Positions 35,913-44,633 of a stretch of DNA of 44,633 nucleotides are shown one piece after another. The number at the start of each line of letters is the position of its first letter. The stretch's first letter is position 1. The position numbers and the translations under genes are program-made. This stretch comes from Nemertoderma westbladi (Eukaryota; Animalia; Xenacoelomorpha), in contig JAUCBJ010002838.1 in the NCBI GenBank assembly GCA_032718475.1, positions 1 through 44,633 on the forward strand, in the 5' to 3' direction. The notes beneath the pieces were generated by a model. The model worked only from the letters and a program-made list of their open reading frames with translations, was not told where the DNA came from and ran no database searches.

Positions 35913-36932
35913 CTATGTCGCGTTGAAGAACTCAAGGATGCGAGAGTGCCTAGACGAGAATGATTTATTCTGGAGGTTGTAACAATTCGTGATGAGATCC
36001 ATTTTTATACGATCACTTGTTGACATCGAACCACAATTCATCCTTGACAACAATGCTTCCTTATTATACTGGAAGGTGAGGAGAGAAGAGATGTGCAGCA
36101 TCGGATACAAATTGTTGCATTTAATGTAAGAGCTGCCGAGACCAACATAGCTGGAGTGAGGATCAGAGTGGGTTTGCAAAGATATTCGTAGGATAGATTG
36201 CAGTGTTGGATTTGGACATTGTGTACATCGGGTTATTGTACCAATTGAGGCAGAGAACGCTTCCGTAGATATCGGTTTGCAATGCAGTATACTGAGAATG
36301 GTGTGATTATTGACGTAAGTCCCAAGGCACAGTAGGCCACGAAGGATTTTTCTGTAGTAGACATCTAAGTGCGCTATGTCGCTGGATGATAACGAACCAA
36401 TAAGGAACTTTAAGCTATATAAAATGTTGGGGACACCGATTACCTTCCATAAGTGACTAAGGATGTCGGTATGCAGCCAACGAACGGTCCAACTGTTTCT
36501 ATGAAATGTGTCGGCGGCTGAAGCGATTATACGAATGCAGTCGGCCAGTCTATTCGATGCAGATGTAAATTTGAAGCCCAAGAATGTTATTGATGGCTTT
36601 GCGGGTACTAGGGTCCCATTTATGTTAAGGAATGTTGGTGTCGCAGTGTCCGTACACTTTTTCCCTCGGCAGATGATCCACTTAGTTTTTGTCTGTTCAA
36701 TGTCAAGGTTGATCTCATTTAGGCCCGATACGACCCGCCCGACCAGAAACTCTACCTCCGAGGCGGCTGTGCCAATGACCAAGATGTCGTCGGCATAAGA
36801 TATCACCCCAAGCCATGTATTGTGCACATGACATCCGTGTTCAGTGGATTCAAGTCCTGAGTGAATGCTTCCGGTATACAGATTGAATAATGTTGGGGAT
36901 AGCAGAGATCCCTGTTTAAGGCCCCTAATCAA
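35913..36932 (-). mobile_element. 5'-truncated LINE, RT C-terminal half (family distinct from the RTE-type copies)
   Basis: GLKQGSLLSPTLFNLY, SYADD, KTKWI, TFLG. Confidence 0.88.
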
Positions 36933-36997
36933 TGCGATGCCGTATTATTATGCCGTATGCGGTGCCAATTAAGAGTCATCATGTACATATTAATATT

Positions 36998-37111
36998 GTT
37001 TATGAGAGTCAATTACGTTTATGAGAATCAATTACGTTTATGAGAATCAATTACGTTTATGAGAATCAATTACGTTTATGAGAATCAATTACGTTTATGA
37101 GAATCAATTAC
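36998..37111. repeat. 19-bp minisatellite, 6 copies
   Basis: GTTTATGAGAATCAATTAC units. Confidence 0.93.
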
Positions 37112-37513
37112 ACTATTAAATGGGCTGTTAGGGGCTCCTTCGTATTGATAAGATACTATCATATTCGTCGTAAACCTACCGACCTTGCCGAAGCTCCTTG
37201 ATAGAGTCGCCTGTCGTCGATTCGGTAGTCTCTATCGGAACCAAAAGGCACTCCATTTGTTCCAGATGGTTTCTTATTTTCATTCTCCTTAGATGAAGTG
37301 ATTGCGCGCAATGTGAAAATCGGAATCAGTATCATACCGGAAATATGGAATAATTATGCCCAACTGTCCTCAGTACTGGTAGTACATAGTAAGTATGTAG
37401 TTTTGTAAGTAGTTGTAAGTACATACAAAACTACTGCACTACAGTACACATTACCAATACCAATACTGTTTGTTTTCTAACTGTTAGTTAGGAAATTTAA
37501 AAATTATACTCAC

Positions 37514-37708
37514 TTATTAAATGCTCTTGAGCACCGTAGCCTAGCAACAGTTCACACAAAGGTTGGTTATTAGCTAATATAGCGACGTCCAATAGGGATA
37601 GCCCATCGGCATTCAACATGGCCACGTTGCTAAGGGAAACATCCAAAAGAAGTCCTTCAACCTCGTCAGCACTTTCCATCTCGACTGCTCTAAACAGAGC
37701 CGTCACTG
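37514..37708 (-). CDS. ANKFN1: Host exon: ankyrin repeats of an ANKFN1/wide awake-like protein
   Basis: ALFRAVE..NADGLSLLDVAILANN..LLLGYGAQE resembles recalled ANKFN1 ALFEAVE..NSEGLTPLDIAIMTNN..GARE. Acceptor TAGCAG, donor GTGAGT, 195 bp, phase 1-1. Confidence 0.72.
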
Positions 37709-38160
37709 CTATTTAAAATAACAAATTACAGTTTGAGTTGACTAGAATTATGCTCCGCTCCCTCCGCTCCCTCCGCTCCGCTCCCACACCAATGTCGCTG
37801 TTGATACTGATATTAACAGGATTTCAAGCTGTACCAATTACAATACTACAATGCATAACATTTGCTATTTTACTAAAACATTCTAAAAACAAAGTTGGAA
37901 TTCAAGCAAAGTGATTGAATTCATATAGTAAAAAACGGCGAAGTAAACAATTTTTATGCTGTTCGAATAGTGGTACTGGAGCGATCCCTGAGGCACTTCG
38001 ACACCCAGATAACCAATATGTCACCTCAAACAGTTATTAATTCAATTTCAATTCAATTTATATTTTATTATTCCTGCGACATATAGAACATATTGCACAA
38101 TCGTCCACATGCTCAAGCATACTACTACTAGGATCGGCATGCTGCATTGCAGCTGCATTT

Positions 38161-39885
38161 TTAAGAATGCTGTGCCGGCTTATCGACAAAATTGCACCGC
38201 CACAACTCCCTATCACCCATGACATTTGCCAGATCATCCGCATCTTCAAGGTCAGTGTCCTTTAAGATGCGTCTCAAGAAAGTCATGGGCTGTCCACCAT
38301 GCTTATTCACTCCATGAGGCTGCCAAAGTACAAGATTATGCACTGGCTGGTCCTCACGGCGAAAGCAATGTCCTGCAAAGCAGAGGCGATTTTGTTCTAG
38401 TGTCAAGCTTGGGGGAACCAATGAGACACCTCCAATGTTATATAGTGTCTGGTTGGAGATGTGTGCATTGTACTTGACACAATGAACCCGGCGTAGCATT
38501 CTTGTGAATGTGCCATCCTGAGATTTGGTGTCCTCAGCAGTTAAAGCCCAGCATGGACTCCCATAGAGGAGTACTGGAACTACTGCTGCTCTAAATAATC
38601 GGACCTTAAGTTTCCGATTAATTCTCGGTGACTTCCAAATCCTGGAAAGCCTATTCAAGGCTGCCCATGCCTTTCCCTTACGTATTCGAAGGTCCTCACC
38701 TGACTTCCGGATCCATGATCCCAGGTAACAGAAGTCGTCCACATGCTCAAGCATACCATCCTTTGAGCTTATGCTCATCCGATCAGAGACTTGCTGAGGA
38801 CTTTCAAAGTTAACTGTCAGAATTTTGGTCTTTCTGGAGTTAATAAAAAGACCAACACTAGAAGCAGCATGTTCTAATGAGCTGAGGAGCCGTTGGGCTC
38901 CCTCTAATGATTCTGAGAGTACTCCTAAGTCATCAGCAAAGTCTAGATCAGTTAGGTACTTGGCAGGATTTCCTCGACTTCTGGAGCCAGTAGGTGGAGT
39001 TATCATCACCCCATCATCATTATAATGATCTAAGGACATGCGTAGAACATAGTCAACCACAATAATGAACAAGAATGGTGCAAGTGTGTCTCCTTGGAGG
39101 ACGCCCCATAACACTTCAAATGGTTCTGTGTCACCGTCAACAGTAGACACAAATGTTGTCGAACCATCGTATACTGATCTGATTGCTGCAATAATTTCAT
39201 CAGGAATCCCATATAATGAAAGTATGCAGAACATACGTGAGCGAGAGACTGAATCAAAGGCCTTGAAGAAGTCAACAAAGATAACAGCCAGATGCCTGTC
39301 TTTCTTTTTTGATAACTCTTCAATTATCCTTCTAAGTGCCAAAATGGTCTCCATGGTCCCACGACCATTACGGAACCCATTCTGATTTCCACGGAGCAGT
39401 CTATCAATGGGATCCCTGATGCGATTTAATAGAATCCTATTGTATAGCTTTGCAGCAATCGAGATCAATGAGATTCCCCGAAAAGAACCATAGAGTGTTA
39501 GGTTGCCCTTCTTGGGAACTGGCACCAACTTATTTGTTTTCATTTCTTGTGGGACTCTTGTTGTTCGGTACATGTCTACTATGATGGGATAGATGAGCTT
39601 TAAACACTCTGGTATTTTAAAGACCTCAGGGGGAACACCATCTACTCCACTGGCACGATTGGTCTTAATGCTCTTTGCAGCAGCATTCACTTCTGCAAAG
39701 GAGATATCACCAATGGGAATATCTGGGAGTACAGACTCAGACACTTTTACTTCTATAAAGTTATCAGGCAATACCCTGTCATTATTGAGGAGCTTTCCAA
39801 AGTGGGCTTTCCAACCATTGAGGCGATCGACTGGTGATTCTGCCTTAACCTTGGTGGTCGGTTGGCTTTTCCGCCAAATAGACAA
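38161..39885 (-). mobile_element. RTE-type LINE reverse transcriptase, 5'-truncated ORF
   Basis: PKKG, RGISL, QNGFR, DFFKAFDS, GVLQGDTLAPFLF, DFADD, YLGS. A (TTGAA)n-like tract at ~38040 may be its tail. Confidence 0.92.
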
Positions 39886-40165
39886 CCAGAGAATTTACAA
39901 TACTATGAAATATCGATTTTAAAGCAAAAAGAAGCAACTTGTGCCGCAATTTGAAAAACAACCCAACAATCGAGATAGACAACAAAAAAACAACAAATAA
40001 GCAGTATGCTTTTCAGTTGAGAAGGTTGTCGATGATGAGGCCAAGGTATTTTACATTATCAGAATGATCAAGCATTGAGTGATAACCCAACAACCAACCA
40101 ACAAGACCAACAAGACAGTATTTGGTATTAAATTACTTTTAAGGCCGGAATACTCCCCTCCGTAT

Positions 40166-42000
40166 TTCCTACGAATCAGAATATGGTCTATCTGGGTCTT
40201 GTGACCACTGGGCCCACTATGAGTCCATAGCTTTCCAGTTCGCTTCTTGAACTGGGTTCCGGCCGAAATCAATCCATTTCCAGAGATAAAATCCTGAAGA
40301 TGGACGGAATTTCGGTTAACACTATTGCTATAGACCCAGAGCGATATAGGTGATTGATACAGAATTGCATTAAAGTCTCCCAGGAATGTTAAGAATGCAT
40401 GCTGATCCATCTTGTCAACAAAATTGCACCGCCACAACTCCCTATCACCCATGACATTTGCTAGATCATCCGCATCTTTAAGGCCAGTGTCCTTTAAGAT
40501 GCGTCTCAAGAAAGTCATGGGCTGTCCACCATGCTTATTCACTCCATGAGGCTGCCAAAGTACAAGATTATGCACTGGCTGGTCCTCACGGCGAAAGCAA
40601 TGTCCTGCAAAGCGGAGGCGATTTTGTTCTAGTGTCAAGCTTGGGGGAACCAATGAGACACCTCCATTGTTATATAGTGTTTGGTTGGAGATGTGTGCAT
40701 TGTACTTGACACAATGAACCCGGCGTAACATTCTTGTGAATGTGCCATCCAGAGATTTGGTGTCCTCAGCAGTTAGAGCCCAGCATGGACTCCCGTAGAG
40801 GAGTACTGGAACTACTGCTGCTCTAAATAATCGGACCTTAAGTTTCCGATTAATGGTAAGCACACAGAGAGTAGCACGCAATCAGAACCACCTTAGGAAA
40901 CTTCTTAGCCAGTCTTCCAGAACATGAGAAGTGGCAACGGATGATGCGGTTAGAGATTTGGTCTATTTTGTCCAATGCTGCATGTGCAGTTGGATTCATC
41001 AATAGACCAATTCCATCATTGGCACTACCATCTGCTGACGCGAGGGCGAGTCAACAACCACCCCCCCCCCCCATGTCCTTAATCAGAACCTCATCAGTTT
41101 GTCCAGTCTGCATTCGGTGCTCCTGAACACCCACTGCGCTAAGAGAAAGCTTATCTGCCAAGACAGTCAGCTCACCTTGTCGCATTGGGGACCCGAGTGT
41201 TAGGGTGTTTACTGAGGCTAGTCTAGTGACTTGCCTCAGATTCACCAATAGCATTGTTGGTCGGGGTGGAACATGAGAGTAGCCTCCAACTCCAGAATCC
41301 CTCTCCCCCTCACAATCTGGCCTCCCTGGTGACCCAGGGTTTGGGCAGGAAAAGTCATCAGGAAAGGGACTCAAAGAATTGTTGGCTTCTCTCTCTCCAG
41401 TAGGGGGTGAGACAGGCAGCCGGTCAGGAGATAACTGACGCCTGTGAGGCCGATTGTGTCCGGTAATTCCATTGGCCTCTAGTGGCCTGACCTCCGCATT
41501 ACAAATGTAATCCATAGTGGGGGTTGGGGGGTGCTTTTTTGCCGAGTCAGCTCTCGGGGCAAATACCACACCCTGGTTTGCCATTCCACAGGGTGTGTGT
41601 CGCAGTGGAGTCAGATATGACGCCCATCACCCATATCTACTCTGGCGCACATGACCCACCATTGGCTGTGCAGCTCATCTGCTGGGTCATGCCCTGTACC
41701 CCTGCTGCCAGGTGAAGGTCGCAGTGAAGTGCACTCAGAGTTGACATGAGAACACTCTACTCCTGACCAACCATTGGTAGATCACCATCTGCCTGGTCAG
41801 GCCATATACCCCTGCAGCCAAGTTTCGGGGTCCTTAATCCAGGAACAAGGGCGTCCTTATCCCAAAACGAAGGAGGTCCTAGTTACAGGACCAGATTTGC
41901 CCTAGTAAGAGGGTATATGCAGCTACAGGTGGCACCTCCTTTATGCTGCATGGAGGTGACAAGTTTTCTTGATCAATGACCTAGAATACCTGACCTGACC
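40166..42000 (-). mobile_element. RTE-type LINE 5' part (5' UTR and endonuclease) with an internal RT-tail insertion
   Basis: SVNTLTL..GVQEHR, GIGL, LGDFNA, QIDHIL. ~40410-40853 duplicates ~38181-38622. Frameshift at a C-run near 41065. Confidence 0.85.
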
Positions 42001-42009
42001 GATTAAACA

Positions 42010-42403
42010 TAAAGCGGCTCTCGGATTCGTAAAAGATGAAAGCTGCAGTTTGCAGTATAAACAATGGGTTTTCTTTAAACCAAAGATCTATTCATTCCAA
42101 TCCTACGATGCCCCAATCAAGAAAACCGCCAAAAGTGTATCTAGATCGGTTGTTGCTAAGCAACTAACACACGATGATTACGCAGACTGTTTTGAAAATG
42201 AGGCAATTCTCTTCCGCTATAACTCTATCTTCACTTCTAGAAAGCATCAAATTTTTACTGATTATGTCTATAAGAAGGCACTAACACTCTGGGACACGAA
42301 ACCATACTGGAGTATTAAATATAGCAGCAAAACATATGGACACTATATCACTAAGCTCGTTAGTCCAGTGAAACAAATAATAATCCCTCCAACCAGAATT
42401 TAA
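42010..42403 (+). pseudogene. C-terminal fragment of a Polinton/Maverick-type protein-primed DNA polymerase B
   Basis: GFVKDE, KPKIYS, AKSV, LTHDDY..C, SRKHQIFT...KKAL...DTK.Y...YGHY match the recalled pPolB C-terminus pattern. Confidence 0.75.
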
Positions 42404-43408
42404 TTTAATTTTTCTAGAATAAGAAATTGAGCAACAAAATAGAATTAACCAATAAACAGTTTACCGGAAAAGACATTGACAAATTTGAACTAGAGAAAAT
42501 TTCACAGCAAATTGAAGGTTGAAGATGCTTAAAACCAAACATGTTTATCTACAAAGGTAACGATTCAACTATAATGTTATTTCCCAGGGGCGCAGTAACA
42601 CTTGTAGGCTTGTGCAATAATTTAGCTAGTGAATTGCTTTATTTATAACAAACTATTGGTATGCAATTACAACATTTGAAACTTAATGCTGAAACACGAA
42701 CTATTATTTTTCTAAGTGTTAATTTTAAATTATTAATGAAAAAATGCGGACACCATACAATTAATAATAAAGCAATATTTATTAGCTATACCCCCGAATT
42801 ATTTTGCGCGATTAGAATATATATAGGACGTGCATATTTTAGTATATTCCATACCGGTAAAACCACCTGGCTGTTCCACATCAGTGTCACTAGTTCTAGT
42901 AATATTAATTACTTCTGTTAGGCCTAATTCAGTAAATTTACCAAAGAAACACTAATACCGGTAACTGAATACTGAAATATATTGCAATACAGCAAAAAGT
43001 CAGGCAGTAATAACTGTTTAAACAGTGCTGCAACATGCAAAGCTGATGCCTAACGCTGGATAAATTATATTATTTTTTTTAAATTGTGATTGTAAATATT
43101 GAAAAGTAAGATAGGTTTAAAGAATTGCCTATAAAATTTTTATACTTTTGTATTGGACCCTAAATTTTTGCATGCAAGCTCAGAATTAAATTCTCTTTCG
43201 AATGGTATATTACACTAAGGTGCATGTCTGACAGTTTTGGCTGGCCAGGGGGGGGGGGGGGGGGGCAGGGGGCATCATTATGTTACACCCGGTACACTAT
43301 CAAAGACAAATTAAATTTTAGCAACACAGCAGTTATATCCAAGAAATTTAACAAAACCATAAATCAGTCAAAGTGAAAAAGGGGGGCAGTTCCCCCCTTC
43401 AACTCCCC

Positions 43409-44633
43409 TGTAAGCGGATTCAATTCCGTGCATTACCCACCAAAAATGGGACTAGTGGCATTTTACCAATATAGTTGGCGATGTGAGATTACCAATAATA
43501 ATCACACCCCTCATAACCTCATAAGGGGGGGGGGGGGGGGGCGATACATGCCGTAAGCCACATAGAGAGGTGAGAGGTCAAACCACCTCAGAGGGAGAAA
43601 CCAGCTAGTGAGGCTAGCACCAAGGGGTAACACGAACAGGGAGTGGCGAAGTGACAATTAGTATATAAGCCAATAGCGGGCAGGAAAGCACGTTGGGGAG
43701 GATAAGAGCGCATCCATTGGATATTAGAGGCCGCCCAGTAGTGTAGGGCTAAAACCAATATGTGTCAATGATATAACTCTTGTAATCACTGATTATTAGT
43801 TAGTTGATTCCCTTACGGTTGTGAGACCGGAATAGGTTTTGACCATCGTTACTACATCATTGTTACTGATACTATTTGCATTGCATATTATTATATTCAG
43901 ACTGTGCTATATTATCAATTGCTGTGATTATCAATACTGACAACTAACACCGTTGTTTTTCTATCGGCCTTTGGCCAAAGATATTATCCAGCCATCAGTT
44001 AGCCCAGCAGCCCAGCGACGCAACGATGCGTACAACCTACACCAGTCGGGAGCTGATACTGCCAACTCCGTCAGCCCAGTCACAGTCAAAAACTACCGAC
44101 GACGAACTGTGACCACAACCCAAGAGGACAAGATGAGCAGAAGGTCGAGGTTCCGAAGTCGCTGGCTGACCACAGGCCGAGGGCGACGAATGGCCCACCG
44201 GAACGGCGATGGTGGGGCTGACGAGGAGGGCAGGTAAAGTCAATGAGGAGGATGTCGGGACGAGTGATCGCCTGCAATGGGCATACAACGCCATGAAGAG
44301 GATGTTGAAGGACGATAAGGAAGGGAGAAAGGTAGACCAGCCCAAACTATATCAGAGGCTAGGTGAGTGCAACAAACATTTCCGCTATTTAGTCCGATTT
44401 GGACAGGGGGAATTGGCGAGTGTGAGGGCGAGGGGGGTCGCCACAGAACTGTTTGAATTGTGGCGATCCGAGGTGGTGGTGGCAGACATAGTGTACGTAG
44501 GGCCTTATCTGGTGGATGCAAGGGGGATTAAGTTAGTGGGATGGGTGGACCCACACGAAAACGAATCCGAGATTAACCCCGAAGATTCGGTGTCGTCGGT
44601 TAGTAGGAATCCCAGCAAATGGGGGAAAATTAG
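43409..44633 (+). mobile_element. BEL/Pao element D (relative of C): 5' LTR and degenerate gag start
   Basis: Starts TGTAAGCGGATTCAATTCCG like the C LTR. Translation HFRYLVRFGQGEL..ELFELW..YVGPYLVDARGIKLVGW..INPEDS matches C gag. ATG 44026 with in-frame TGA at 44110, 44134, 44167. Confidence 0.85.

Noticed and set aside
36998-37111. CRISPR array
   Set aside because: Head-to-tail 19-bp units with no spacers.
41660-41690. Hammerhead ribozyme (CAGATGAG on the minus strand)
   Set aside because: Mismatch to CUGAUGA and no GAAA core.
42584-43408. CAGGGGCG-type MITE interrupted by element D
   Set aside because: A matching second terminus could not be confirmed in the window.

Overview
Animal (probably invertebrate) genomic DNA, about 80% nested retrotransposons. 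It contains the 5' half of a BEL/Pao element on the minus strand (A, 1-4933), apparently inserted in the 5' LTR of an intact Ty3/Gypsy (Mag-like) element (4934-9925), which abuts an internally deleted BEL/Pao element (B, about 9926-18600). A near full-length 12-kb BEL/Pao element (C, 23637-35710) follows a related LTR, and a fourth relative (D) begins at 43409. There are also several RTE-type and other LINE pieces and a Polinton-type DNA polymerase B fragment. Two host coding features are visible: a small secreted three-finger (Ly6/uPAR) gene and one ANKFN1/wide-awake ankyrin exon. The most interesting candidate system is in element C: after integrase it carries a hairpin/UUAG tandem array, then a TATA-like motif and a probably spliced accessory gene for a multi-zinc-knuckle protein. 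A duplicated, covarying RNA structure in a LINE 5' UTR also stands out. All calls come from manual reading and motif recognition. No searches were run, and many frameshifts fall in long G/C runs that may be assembly errors.
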